A DNA stretch of 64,000 nucleotides from assembly GCA_019704295.1 (NCBI GenBank), contig AP024596.1:1952001-2016000 (forward strand), given 5' to 3'. The DNA comes from Sulfolobales archaeon HS-7 (GTDB taxonomy: Archaea; Thermoproteota; Thermoprotei_A; Sulfolobales; Sulfolobaceae). The translations under genes were made by a program, and so were the position numbers. Numbering within the stretch: position 1 is the first letter of the stretch; every line of letters begins with the position of its first letter. Shown one piece after another: positions 44,302 through 54,109 of the stretch. The notes under the pieces are model-generated. The model did not search any database. It was not told the DNA's origin and was given only the letters and a program-made list of their open reading frames with translations.

Positions 44302-44598
44302 CTAACTGTCATCTTTTAGGGAATCTATTTTTCTTGCGAGTTCTACATCGAGGTCTGAAAGAGCATTAATATCATGAGTAAAAAGTGAAATAACGACTTT
44401 ACTATAGTAAACGCATATGTCTGGATGATGATCCATTGCATTGGCTATAGGAACTATTTTACTCACAAATTGTATTGCCTGAGTAAAATCACTGAAGTTA
44501 TATTCCTTCGTTAATGTTCCACTTTTAAAACTCCATCCCTTTGATTGATTTACAAAAGCCTGAACTTCTCCCTCTGTTAACTTCTTCAAGAATATCAC
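44302..44598 (-). CDS. Pterin-4a-carbinolamine dehydratase
   Basis: FSDFTQAIQF, DHHPD, THDINALSDLDVELA. Confidence 0.92.
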   Translation of the reverse strand: MIFLKKLTEGEVQAFVNQSKGWSFKSGTLTKEYNFSDFTQAIQFVSKIVPIANAMDHHPDICVYYSKVVISLFTHDINALSDLDVELARKIDSLKDDS

Positions 44599-44647
44599 CA
44601 GTAATTTTTATCTTAAATTTCTTGATATTTATAACTGGTGTTTGTTT

Positions 44648-45424
44648 TCAGGAACGTGATTGCCATTTAGTTAACATATTATATGTATAACTAAGTGCGT
44701 TAAAATAGCTGTCTGGATCACCGACGTTAAGCCACTTTTCATCTTCAAGCAATAAACCTAGAATTTCGCCCCCGTTATCTATAATACCTTTTATACCGTA
44801 AGTTAACTCGAGTTCTCCAGAGTACTCTACATTCCTCAAGGCATTAAATATTTTACTTGAGAAAATATAAACTGCTGATATTGCGATATCGCTCTTTGGA
44901 TTCATCGGTTTTTCTTCTGCTTCTATTACTTGAACAAATCTATGATTCATGAATATCCCTCTATCTTTAACTGATACAATTCCGTATCTTTGCGGATTAT
45001 TCACTTTTCTTAACAGTAAGACGCCATCTGGAGAGTTCTGTTCAAACACTTCTTTTGCCTCATTATATCCTCCGGTTAGAATTCCATCATCCGCGTGAAC
45101 GAAAAAAGGCTCATTATTTGTAAAATCCTCGGCTCTCATTATTGCATCTCCAAAACCTCTAGGAACGCTTTGGACCACGAATTGGAAATTCCTCTCGAAA
45201 AGGTAGTCCATTAAAAGTCTGCCATGAGAACCCACTACCAGGCAAAACTTCTTTACGCCAATATCTATTAACGCGTTTGATATAAGATCTATTATTGGAC
45301 GCATTACTTTTTTGCCTTCCTCATTTCTAAATAACGGCAAAAGCGCTTTTGGCATAACGGAAGATATATACTTCATTCTACTACCCTTTCCAGCGGCTGT
45401 TATTACAGCCCTTTCTATCTTCAC
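44648..45424 (-). CDS. Sugar-phosphate nucleotidyltransferase
   Basis: TAAGKGSRM...PK, EEKP, WLNVG. Confidence 0.9.
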   Translation of the reverse strand: MKIERAVITAAGKGSRMKYISSVMPKALLPLFRNEEGKKVMRPIIDLISNALIDIGVKKFCLVVGSHGRLLMDYLFERNFQFVVQSVPRGFGDAIMRAEDFTNNEPFFVHADDGILTGGYNEAKEVFEQNSPDGVLLLRKVNNPQRYGIVSVKDRGIFMNHRFVQVIEAEEKPMNPKSDIAISAVYIFSSKIFNALRNVEYSGELELTYGIKGIIDNGGEILGLLLEDEKWLNVGDPDSYFNALSYTYNMLTKWQSRS

Positions 45425-45470
45425 GACATATCGAGAAGACTTTTAGTTTAATCCCTTTAAACATTATTAT

Positions 45471-45705
45471 CAATGATGCTACAGTAATTTTACTAATAAT
45501 GAGATAATCTCCAAAAGATGGTAAAATCTCGTTAGCGAGAGTAAAAATTAGCTAAGTTTCCAACTTAGTGGGAAGAGGATGAAACTATCCTCTTAAGAGA
45601 AAAGGACTAAACGAGTTTTCCATATGTCGTAATATCCTCCATGTTATCGAGTGAGAAGAAATGATGACATTAAAGTTTAACTGAGGGATTTTTAATTTGA
45701 TGTGA
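45471..45705 (+). mobile_element. Diverged left-end remnant of the ISH3-type IS
   Basis: AATTTTACTAATAATGAGA...AAAATCTCGTT...ATTAGCTAA...TTAAAGTTTAA matches 50849-51055. Confidence 0.65.
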
Positions 45706-45780
45706 CGCTTATAGTAAAGGCGGGTGAGTCCTCGCTAATAAACTAATACTGGAGGCGTTCAAGTTTACTCCTGATCCAAG

Positions 45781-46149
45781 GACGGTGTACAATGTAGAAT
45801 AAATGTTATTTACTTTATTAACTAAGCATTAGTATATAGGAATAATTCATTTTGCAACGCATAATTAGGACGATAGCACAGGGAAATTACGAGAACTAAA
45901 ATTCCACTATTAACTTCCTAAGCTTAAAAATATTCGGTTCTTCTCGTGCTAACTTTTGACTTATCACGCTTAAAACCTCTTTTTACCCTAGATTCTTGAG
46001 AAGTCTTTGATTACTTGTGAGCGGGCTCAATAAACTTACCTTACATCAACTCTCTACTCGTAATTAAGCGGATTTAATTCTAGGCACACGCGTTTTATAA
46101 CTTTTTTAGATTATTTAGTTATTCTATTAATTACGCATTGGATATTGTG
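45781..46149 (+). mobile_element. MITE-like repeat family B, copy 2 (longer)
   Basis: AATAAATGTTATTTACTTTA and TTTTATAACTTTTT...TTAATTACGCATTGGATA match 15039-15326; about 80 bp extra internally. Confidence 0.7.
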
Positions 46150-46214
46150 TCATGCTTGAAGCGTATGGAAACGCCGGATTGAATAACCTTTATACTCTTA
46201 ATACTGTAAAATAA

Positions 46215-47714
46215 ATGAGAAATATGGACCAAATTACAACTGAGGAAATGCGTATCTTAGAGATAAATTCTGAAGCACTTGGAATTTCTACCATTCAACT
46301 TATGGAAAATGCAGGTAAAGCTGTCGCTAATAAAATATTAGAAAAAGTACGCACTGGAAAGGCTTACATATTTGTGGGGCATGGCGGAAAAGGAGGGGAC
46401 GGTTTGGCAGCTGCGCGACACTTAGATTCTTATGGATTTGACGTTACTATTCTGCTTTTTGGGGAAATTAAACACCCCGCGGCTACTGTTAACCTGAATA
46501 TAATTAGGGAACTTGATACAGTAAGGCTGGTTGAAGTTAAGGACGTTTCGGAACTTTCTCCAGTTCATGGGGACGTAATAGTAGACGCTCTATTAGGTAC
46601 AGGATTTTCAGGAAAGCCTAGAGAGCCATTCAGAACTGGAATAGACATATTCAATAAATCGAAAGGATATAAAGTGTCAATAGATATTCCTTCAGGTGTT
46701 AATCCAGATACTGGGGAAAATTACGGCGATCACGTCATTCCAGACCTAGTAGTTACTTTTCATAAGATGAAAAGAGGGCTTATCGGAATTAGTAATGTTA
46801 TAGTTGAAAGTATCGGCATACCAAAAGAAGCAGAATTGTTCACAGGTCCTGGCGAGTTAATGGTTAGAATGAAACCACGACCTATGTTAACAAAAAAAGG
46901 CGATTGGGGAAGATTACTTATAATTGGAGGAAGTGAAACCTTCTCTGGAGCTCCAACCCTGGCAGCACTCGGTGCTCTAAGGACAGGAATCGATTTAGTT
47001 TACGTGGCAGCTCCCGAGGAAACAGCAAAGATAATTGCAGGCTATTCACCAGATCTTATTACGATAAAGTTAAGCGGATCCCATTTAAACGAAGACAATA
47101 TAGAACAATTATTAGATTTTATAAAAAAATCAAATGTAATAATATTGGGGCCAGGCCTAGGAACGCATGAGGAAACGGCTAAGGCAGTACACAACTTGAT
47201 CGAAATATTAAAGGATGAGAATAAAAGGGCAATTATTGATGCAGACGCTCTTAAGCTCTACGCCAGAAATAAGTTGTATTCTCAGGTCGTTATAACTCCT
47301 CATTCAAGGGAATTCGAAATCTTCTTCGGAACAGTCCTTCCTAGTGAGATAAAAGAGAGAGTAAATGCTGTAACTAACTGCGCTAAACAATGTGAATGCA
47401 CAGTTGTCGCCAAAGGGTATTATGATGTGATAAGCGACGGTAGCAGAGTAAAGCTTAACAAAACTGGACAACCAGGAATGGCAGTAGGCGGTACAGGTGA
47501 TATATTAACAGGTATAATTGGCGCGTTACTAACTAGGCATCTCCCATTTGAAGCTTCAACAATGGGGACATTCATTAACGGTTTAGCTGGAAGTCTAGCT
47601 TATGAAGAATTAAGGGAAAGAATATCAGCTACAGATGTAATTGCGAGGATCCCTAAAGTTTTAATCGATCCGCTTGATGCCTATAAGAAACGAGTATACA
47701 GAAGAGTGATATGA
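46215..47714 (+). CDS. nnr: Bifunctional NAD(P)HX epimerase/dehydratase
   Basis: LMENAG, GGDG, DALLGTG, SIDIPSG, ITPH, GGTGDIL. Confidence 0.93.
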   Translation: MRNMDQITTEEMRILEINSEALGISTIQLMENAGKAVANKILEKVRTGKAYIFVGHGGKGGDGLAAARHLDSYGFDVTILLFGEIKHPAATVNLNIIRELDTVRLVEVKDVSELSPVHGDVIVDALLGTGFSGKPREPFRTGIDIFNKSKGYKVSIDIPSGVNPDTGENYGDHVIPDLVVTFHKMKRGLIGISNVIVESIGIPKEAELFTGPGELMVRMKPRPMLTKKGDWGRLLIIGGSETFSGAPTLAALGALRTGIDLVYVAAPEETAKIIAGYSPDLITIKLSGSHLNEDNIEQLLDFIKKSNVIILGPGLGTHEETAKAVHNLIEILKDENKRAIIDADALKLYARNKLYSQVVITPHSREFEIFFGTVLPSEIKERVNAVTNCAKQCECTVVAKGYYDVISDGSRVKLNKTGQPGMAVGGTGDILTGIIGALLTRHLPFEASTMGTFINGLAGSLAYEELRERISATDVIARIPKVLIDPLDAYKKRVYRRVI

Positions 47715-47803
47715 AGTCTAGCCTATAGCATTAGGCTATCTTTAACCTGAAAACGTAACTTGTTGGTTAATCATTCTTAATCGTATTTATAGGGGATTCT
47801 ATA

Positions 47804-47907
47804 GGGATGACGGCTCAATCCCTGCTTCATGCAGATCTCTCACAGCGACACTTTATCTTGTTCGGTGATTCAAAGGGAGCGGAAGACCCGCAGGGATGGA
47901 CAGTCCT
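47804..47907 (+). ncRNA. Putative structured ncRNA (H/ACA-like hairpin)
   Basis: GC-rich; stem ATCCCTGC(47818-25)/GCAGGGAT(47890-97) followed by ACA(47900-02); T-rich tract downstream. Confidence 0.3.
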
Positions 47908-48293
47908 TTATAGAAACGTTTTTGTTTTTATATCAAAATTTTCTTACACCTGGGCCGCAAGAGCGGGGTCAGTACCATCGGGACTGGAGGATTTAAGCCT
48001 GTGGAGAGAAAACCCTCCGTAACCCCTCTTCCGGGCGGCATTACAGAACGGTTCCGCTCGGTGGAACCTTCGCTAACGATGAAGGGGTAACGAGGTCTCT
48101 CTGAGAGACGGACATCTCCATCGTAAGACAGAGAGGCTCCGATCGCAAGCGAGTAGTTGATTGCGTTCTTCACCGCTTTCAGCATTAGTTTTCGAGGAAC
48201 GATCCTTAAAGAAGAGAGAATTCAACCCTATTGTCTGAGGTAATTAGGAATTATAATAAGAGTAGAAAAACTTCTATATATTAACGCAGAACT

Positions 48294-48575
48294 CTATACG
48301 ATGTATGGAATAATATAAATGATAACGAGTATAATAGTAATAGCTAGTGCTATTGCTAACATAATTTTTGTAATATTCTTTGATGAACCGAATATTATTG
48401 GAATAGGGCCGATGAAGATTATTCCTCCCGCTTCAGTTTTTCTTTCAGTCTCTTCTTGTCTGTCCACACTTTTTTTCGAAGCATGAAAGAACTCGTAAAA
48501 TGTGCCCACTAGGATCACGAGAAAACCTACTATAAACAGGAGAATCCCTATTCCGATTAGTAAATCCCCTATCAT
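48294..48575 (-). CDS. DUF131 (TIGR00304) membrane protein
   Basis: GGIIFIGPIPIIFGS. Confidence 0.88.
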   Translation of the reverse strand: MIGDLLIGIGILLFIVGFLVILVGTFYEFFHASKKSVDRQEETERKTEAGGIIFIGPIPIIFGSSKNITKIMLAIALAITIILVIIYIIPYIV

Positions 48576-48608
48576 AAGTTAAGTTCTATCCTTAAACGAA
48601 ATAAATAC

Positions 48609-49688
48609 TTAAGTAAACCTTCTAGGATCACCTCCTATTAATTCCCTGAGCACTACTGTTGCATACATTCCTCTTTCCAACCAAAACGTCAGAACGTTAT
48701 TTGTGATGTTTATTTCATTAATTCTCATTAATAATTTTCTCTCAACTTTATTGACTCTAACCTTTATTTCAGATATATTAAAAGAATTTTTCTCTATTCC
48801 TTCGTCAATATAGATTTGTTTACATAAATCGTCACAGTCGTAAAAATTTGTAGGGAGTGTTAATACGGTATTCAGATCCTCTACTTTACGTTCTTGTAGA
48901 TGATAAGAAATAAGTCTGTTCATAAGGTAAGATTGATAGGCCTCAACGTAAAACTTAAGCGGAATTATACTACTCTTTATTGCACTATAGCAAGAATATG
49001 TATGAATGAAGTTTTTCAATATCACCCTTTCTTGATTTAAATATGCAGGACAGTTAATAAGTGCTTCCTCGTATTTCCCTCGATCTATTAAATTTCTGAA
49101 TCTTATTGACTCTTTACTCTCTCCTACAAAAGGTCTTCCTAATATAGCATACATCGCGTCGCACCAGTCTCTCTTTATTAAGAAATAACCTATTATATGG
49201 GTATTAGGTCTCCTTGAACCAAACCGCTGATATCCATAGAACGCAGGCAAATATGGATCTAGCCTAACCTCTTTTACTCTTAGGGCTATGTCCTCCCCAA
49301 CTAATGTTATTCTAAATAGGTTACCTGTATGATTAAGCCTAGCGTTAGTAAACCCCTTAAGCTCCAACTCAGTTTTTTCGTTACTCAAAATTATGGGTTT
49401 TTTAGTTTCAATTAAACTCGCATCAGTGTAAACCAGTTGATATGTTTCAGCATTAGCGTCCTTCATTCCTAAGTAATTTAACCTAATTTTCAGACTAGAC
49501 TGTATACTCCTTATCACTGAAAAGTGGTCTATTCCTCTTTTTTTAAGTAGAAAAACCGCATATTTTCCTTCACTCTCTCCTAACCATCTGGAAACAGGTA
49601 CATTGTCAACTATTTCCTCCACAATAAATCCTTCGGGCCTCGGTATTGATACATCAGCAGGCTTCCAGTCATATTTTTTATACTCCAT
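48609..49688 (-). CDS. truD: tRNA pseudouridine(13) synthase TruD/Pus7
   Basis: GMKDANAETYQ, GNLFRI, FYGYQRFG, AYQSYL, GMYATVVLRE. Confidence 0.93.
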   Translation of the reverse strand: MEYKKYDWKPADVSIPRPEGFIVEEIVDNVPVSRWLGESEGKYAVFLLKKRGIDHFSVIRSIQSSLKIRLNYLGMKDANAETYQLVYTDASLIETKKPIILSNEKTELELKGFTNARLNHTGNLFRITLVGEDIALRVKEVRLDPYLPAFYGYQRFGSRRPNTHIIGYFLIKRDWCDAMYAILGRPFVGESKESIRFRNLIDRGKYEEALINCPAYLNQERVILKNFIHTYSCYSAIKSSIIPLKFYVEAYQSYLMNRLISYHLQERKVEDLNTVLTLPTNFYDCDDLCKQIYIDEGIEKNSFNISEIKVRVNKVERKLLMRINEINITNNVLTFWLERGMYATVVLRELIGGDPRRFT

Positions 49689-49711
49689 ACCGACTACAAG
49701 GTCTACGGGGT

Positions 49712-50071
49712 CTATAGTAATTTCAAATCACCTGTTACCTTATCTATGAGGAAATCTGGAGAAGGACCGAATGATACGCAGGTTATTGTACCTGGAGTTA
49801 TCTGCGTTTTACCTGCGTCTTCCACAACCGAGTATGGTATTCTCTCATTTTTAGCGATATCTACCCTGGACAACAGTTCATTTAGATCTGGAACTTTTAC
49901 CACAATTTTTGGTTGTCCCTCATTTAACCATACATTGAGCCACTCCTTCCACTCCTTATTACTTGAATTTATTATTTTTAAAACATTCATAACTGCTCCA
50001 TGTGCAACTTGCGCTGCTATTTTACCCTTACCTATCTTTAGATCAGTCCTAACAGCAATAGCCATCTTCAT
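49712..50071 (-). CDS. pth2: Peptidyl-tRNA hydrolase Pth2
   Basis: KGKIAAQVAH, KIVVK, DAGKTQ, TGDLKLL. Confidence 0.95.
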   Translation of the reverse strand: MKMAIAVRTDLKIGKGKIAAQVAHGAVMNVLKIINSSNKEWKEWLNVWLNEGQPKIVVKVPDLNELLSRVDIAKNERIPYSVVEDAGKTQITPGTITCVSFGPSPDFLIDKVTGDLKLL

Positions 50072-50124
50072 TATTCTATGGTTAAGTTTTATATACCTAA
50101 AAATACATGGTTACGATGATTGTG

Positions 50125-50325
50125 ATGAGCTCAGTAAGACTGAGTATAAAAGAGGAAGCGGAGGTACCAATTTGCTCGAGCTGTAGTAAGCCAATACATC
50201 CCAAGGAAAAAGGGGTCTTATTCTACTGCCCTAACTGCGGAGAAGTACAGATATGGCGGTGTAACATGTGTAGGAAACAAGGAGTAGTGTATAAATGCCC
50301 TAACTGCGGTTTTGAAGGCGTATAA
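50125..50325 (+). CDS. DUF1610 Zn-finger protein
   Basis: [28 protein letters not shown]; conserved upstream of ef1b. Confidence 0.9.
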   Translation: MSSVRLSIKEEAEVPICSSCSKPIHPKEKGVLFYCPNCGEVQIWRCNMCRKQGVVYKCPNCGFEGV

Positions 50326-50327
50326 AA

Positions 50328-50603
50328 ATGGCAAATGTACTAGTAACGATAAGAATAGCACCCGAAAGCGATAAGGTCGATCTCGACGACGTGCTAAATG
50401 AAATAAGGGGGAAATTGCCAAAAGAGTACTCTATAGTAAGCTCGGAAAAACAACCAATAGCCTTCGGTATTGAGGCGTTAGTTGTAAATGTGGTCATGCC
50501 AGAGAATACGGAAGGAGGAACAGACGTTCTAGAGGAACTATTAATGGGAGTTCAGGGTGTAGGCGGCGTAGAGGTAGAGAATGTAAGCAGGCTCGGGTTC
50601 TAA
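50328..50603 (+). CDS. ef1b: Translation elongation factor 1-beta
   Basis: PIAFGI, EGGTD. Confidence 0.93.
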   Translation: MANVLVTIRIAPESDKVDLDDVLNEIRGKLPKEYSIVSSEKQPIAFGIEALVVNVVMPENTEGGTDVLEELLMGVQGVGGVEVENVSRLGF

Positions 50604-50672
50604 AAAGGTTAATAGAGAACAATTGAAAAGCAAACTTATTTATACTCGGAGCTATATCGGTTTTATTGATAT

Positions 50673-50761
50673 GCCGCGGTAGTATAGCCCGGTCAAGTAT
50701 GCGGGCCTTTCGAGCACTGCGGGGATAGCCCGTGACCCGGGTTCAAATCCCGGCCGCGGCA
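50673..50761 (+). tRNA. tRNA-Glu (TTC), 14-nt intron (about 50713-50726)
   Basis: CGGGC-CTTTCG[intron]A-GCCCG; GGTTCAAATC; acceptor GCCGCGG/CCGCGGC. Confidence 0.9.
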
Positions 50762-50833
50762 TTATACTTCCATGAGTAGTTTTTCAGAAGTGCAGTGCTG
50801 TTTCGCCAATTTTACTAAAAATGAGATATTTTC

Positions 50834-52236
50834 CAGTCTTGTTTCGCCAATTTTACTAAAAATGATACAATTTCTAAAACAAGGGAAAATCTCGTTCTGA
50901 AGAGTCGAAATTAGCTAAATTTCCGTAAAAGTTGAGAAAAGATCGACTTTTATCTCAGTAGAAGGTGTGTAACCTAGTTTTTACACGTATAGTAATACCT
51001 TGTGTATAGTATTATCAAGTGGGTAGAAATGAGGACGTTAAAGTTTAAGCGAGGGACTTCCCAGATTTTGATATGCGGAAACCAAAGCCAAGGTATAAGT
51101 CCCTCGCTAATGAATTAGTAGAGGAAGCGTTTAAGAAGATTTCCTCTAATCCCCGCGACGTTATCAAGAGGAGTAAATCTCTCCTCTTGGGGAATAGAGG
51201 AAAGGATTACATTTCCCTTGTAAGACAAGGGAAAAAGCTAGGGGAACTCTTGGGTAAAACCTTCGAGTTCTGGGAGCTGTGTACAATTTTCGCGAATGAG
51301 AACATCGTGCTGGGATTTGACGAGACCTTCCTGAGGGTGGGAGAGAAGGAAGCAGAGAGAGTGGGGGACAAACTCTTCTCGGGAAAGGCCAAGGTTAGAT
51401 CCGCAGATCTCTTGTCTCCCGTGAGATGTAACGTGGTTACCCAATTCGCGGTTAAAGGGGATCAAAAGCCCTCCGAGTTCCTTGAAGAGTTCGTCAACAA
51501 GGCTGTACAGCGCGACAGCTTGAGTTACGTTGTTGCCGACGCTGGATTCCTCAACCTCGAGATCCTCAAGGAGTTACCCGCAAAGGCCGTGATCAGAGGG
51601 AAAACTAACTTAAAGGGAGTCAAGGAACTCTTTGCTCAGTCCCTTACCGTGAAGTACTACACGGTTGAGGACAGAACTTACGTTGCCCACAGAAAGTTAG
51701 AGTACAAGGGACTCTACTATTACGACGTGATTTACGTGAAGCACAAGGGGAAACCAACGCACTTCGTTTTCGTCTCAAACGTTGAGGGAGATCCCTACGA
51801 GTTGGCCGAGACCTACAGGTTGAGGTATAGAGGAGGGGTTCAAGACGAGGAAAGCGAGGATAGAACTCATAAGGAGGTTGCGCAACAAGCTCTACCTCTA
51901 CCTGATCTACGCGCTCCTCGACACTTCCTGGAACTTGTACCTCTTCCTCTCGTTTAACTTCAAAGCACCGGGAGAGAAGCCCCTCGCGTTTGACCAGTTC
52001 GTCAATCTCCTCTAGGCGTTTTCAAGCTAGAGGGTGGACTATGTACCTCGTTTTGAACACGTAAAATAAATTCAGAACTTCTTGTGTTTGTTACTATTAA
52101 CTTGCAAAATATACCAGATTTTGACTAAACATATGATATTGTTACGCCTCTTGAGTTAACTTAATCCTATATTTTTATACACTAATTACTCTAATAATAT
52201 CTTACAATCATGAGATTTTTTGGCGAAACAAGACTG
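50834..52236 (+). mobile_element. IS element, ISH3 (IS4-like) family, 1403 bp
   Basis: Perfect 17-bp TIR CAGTCTTGTTTCGCCAA / TTGGCGAAACAAGACTG; 9-bp TSD GATATTTTC (50825-33, 52237-45). Confidence 0.92.
51073..52015 (+). pseudogene. DDE transposase, frameshifted near 51826
   Basis: LGFDET, VVADAGF, ETYRLR; then IEEGFKTRK...FVNLL* continues in another frame (51827-52015). Confidence 0.85.
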
Positions 52237-52362
52237 GATATTTTCTAAAATATGGGAAAATCTCGCTCAAGAGAGTAGAAGTTAGCAAAATTTCCGTTAA
52301 AGTGGAGAAAGGATCGACTTTTATCTCAGTAGAAGGTATGTAATCAAGTTTTTACACGTATA

Positions 52363-52469
52363 GGGGGCCGTTCATATATCCGTTACGAATTCAGTTTATT
52401 TAAGAAAATCAAATAAATTTAATTGAGTGTTATTGTTTAGACTAGGTAGGAATTCTCACTCAACAATTT
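52363..52469 (+). mobile_element. MITE-like family A, 3'-truncated copy
   Basis: GGGGCCGTTCA...GAATTCAGTTTATTT...GACTAGGTAG...CAACAATTT. Confidence 0.7.
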
Positions 52470-52756
52470 GGAAGTGTTCTCAATGCAGTCATCTTATTCG
52501 ATAAGTTGTATGAAATTATTACTTGATTAGGTATGCCATCTTTAAACGGTAATTAACCTCGTTAACCAATTTAGTGTGGAAGGTATAGGGTTATAGGGTG
52601 GTTAAGTAGTGGCTTACTGAACATTGCTTACAAGGTGATTTACTGGGTGCATAGCGGTGTTAAACGAGGCATATTTTAGGTAAGTACAGTATATCGCATT
52701 TATGATATAATTTTACATATACATATCGAATAAGACGACTGGATGAGAACACTCCC
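52470..52756. mobile_element. MITE-like element family C (287 bp)
   Basis: ~33-bp imperfect TIR GGAAGTGTTCTCAATGCAGTCATCTTATTCGATA / TATCGAATAAGACGACTGGATGAGAACACTCCC. Confidence 0.7.
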
Positions 52757-52924
52757 GATAAGATTAATGTGTCAGCGTAACTCTGATTCATCATTTATCA
52801 TTTCAGTTCAGATTCATCATCATTTGAATTTTTTCCATATAGTAGATATTAAATGGAATATTAGTTAACCTTAACATAATGTCTCTTGATCAAAGTATTA
52901 AGTTTAATCATCTAAAACTTAATT

Positions 52925-54073
52925 ATGGATAGCTATAACGCAGTTATTTTACCCACTGAAATAAAGAGAGGTGAAGGTCCTCTATCGCATCTTACCTTTG
53001 CAGTAAAGGACGTTATACATATTAAAGGACTTAAGACCACAGCATGTTCGAGGATTTTATCAAATTATATAGCAAATTCAGATTCATACATTGTAGATTT
53101 AATTTTAAATAAAGGAGGAGAAATAATAGGCAAAACTAATACCCATGAATTTGCCATCGGAGCCACTAATACCTCATCAACTTTTGGCCCAGTTAAGAAC
53201 CCTAATGATGTGGAGAGAATCTCCGGAGGTTCGAGTGGTGGATCTGCAGTAGCTGTCAAAGCGAAAATCGCTGATGTAGGAATAGGGACAGATACTGGGG
53301 GTTCAGTGAGAATACCTTCAGCATTATGCGGAACAATAGGATTTAAGCCAACAACCGGTATTATACCTATACACGATATAATACCATTCAGTAGAACTCT
53401 TGATACTATAGGTTTCATCTCACGAGTATCTAGTGATATAAAAGTTGTTATTAGTAATATCGTTAAAGAAAACGTAAATTTCAGGAAGAAAAAAAGCGAG
53501 ACATTAAGGAAGTTAACAGTACTTCCAATGATGTTTGATTCCTCGAAAACTTCAGAAATTGTTCTCAAAAGGGCAAGTGAAATATTTAACATTATTGAAG
53601 AAAAAGTTATTCAAGAGGATATTCTAGTCTCATTAAGGAGAATAAGAAGGATTATTGCGTCATACGAAGGGGCGAAATTTCATGAGAGATGGCTAAAGAC
53701 TATGAGCGACAAATATTTCCCCGATGTAAGAGATGCTCTCCTAGATGGCCTGAATATAACACAGGAAGAGTACAATGCGACTTTTAGAGAGCTAGTTTAC
53801 TACAAGAAGATATTCGAAGGCGTTATGTCCAGTGTTGACTATATAATAAGTCCTACAGTTCCTATAACTGCTCCTAAAATAAGTGATGTTATAGGCCATG
53901 AAAAAGAATATAGACGCATTTTAGTTTCTAACACAGAAATAGCTAATATACTAGGTCTCCCGTCTATTTCTGTCCCGGTAGGTATACTCGACGGTTTACC
54001 AGTAGGATTAATGATTACAGGAAAGCAATTCAGCGACTTGGAGATCTTAGATATTGCTGTATTCTTAGAATAG
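52925..54073 (+). CDS. Amidase signature family protein (GatA paralog)
   Basis: GKTNTHEFA, SGGSSGGSA, GTDTGGSVRIP. Confidence 0.9.
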   Translation: MDSYNAVILPTEIKRGEGPLSHLTFAVKDVIHIKGLKTTACSRILSNYIANSDSYIVDLILNKGGEIIGKTNTHEFAIGATNTSSTFGPVKNPNDVERISGGSSGGSAVAVKAKIADVGIGTDTGGSVRIPSALCGTIGFKPTTGIIPIHDIIPFSRTLDTIGFISRVSSDIKVVISNIVKENVNFRKKKSETLRKLTVLPMMFDSSKTSEIVLKRASEIFNIIEEKVIQEDILVSLRRIRRIIASYEGAKFHERWLKTMSDKYFPDVRDALLDGLNITQEEYNATFRELVYYKKIFEGVMSSVDYIISPTVPITAPKISDVIGHEKEYRRILVSNTEIANILGLPSISVPVGILDGLPVGLMITGKQFSDLEILDIAVFLE

Positions 54074-54109
54074 AATAGTTATTTTATCTTTGCACCAGTA
54101 TAACTACCC

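Larger units (their letters stand above)
50793..52362 (+). mobile_element. Older truncated left end of the same IS family, split by the IS insertion (50793-50833 + 52246-52362)
   Basis: CAGTGCTGTTTCGCCAATTTTACTAAAAATGA continues after the TSD with a diverged copy of 50875-50992. Confidence 0.7.

Noticed and set aside
45661-45684. ATGATGA...CTGA resembling a C/D box sRNA
   Set aside because: Aligns with the IS 5' region (ATGAGGACGTTAAAGTTTAAGCGA near 51029); no complete C/D'-C'/D layout.
47800-48240. 5S rRNA, SRP RNA or RNase P RNA
   Set aside because: Signature motifs (SRP GGAA tetraloop helix, RNase P P4 consensus, 5S CCGAAC/TCGAAC context with matching stems) not found.
52784-52826. Short imperfect tandem GATTCATCAT repeats
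   Set aside because: Too short and low in complexity to support a function.
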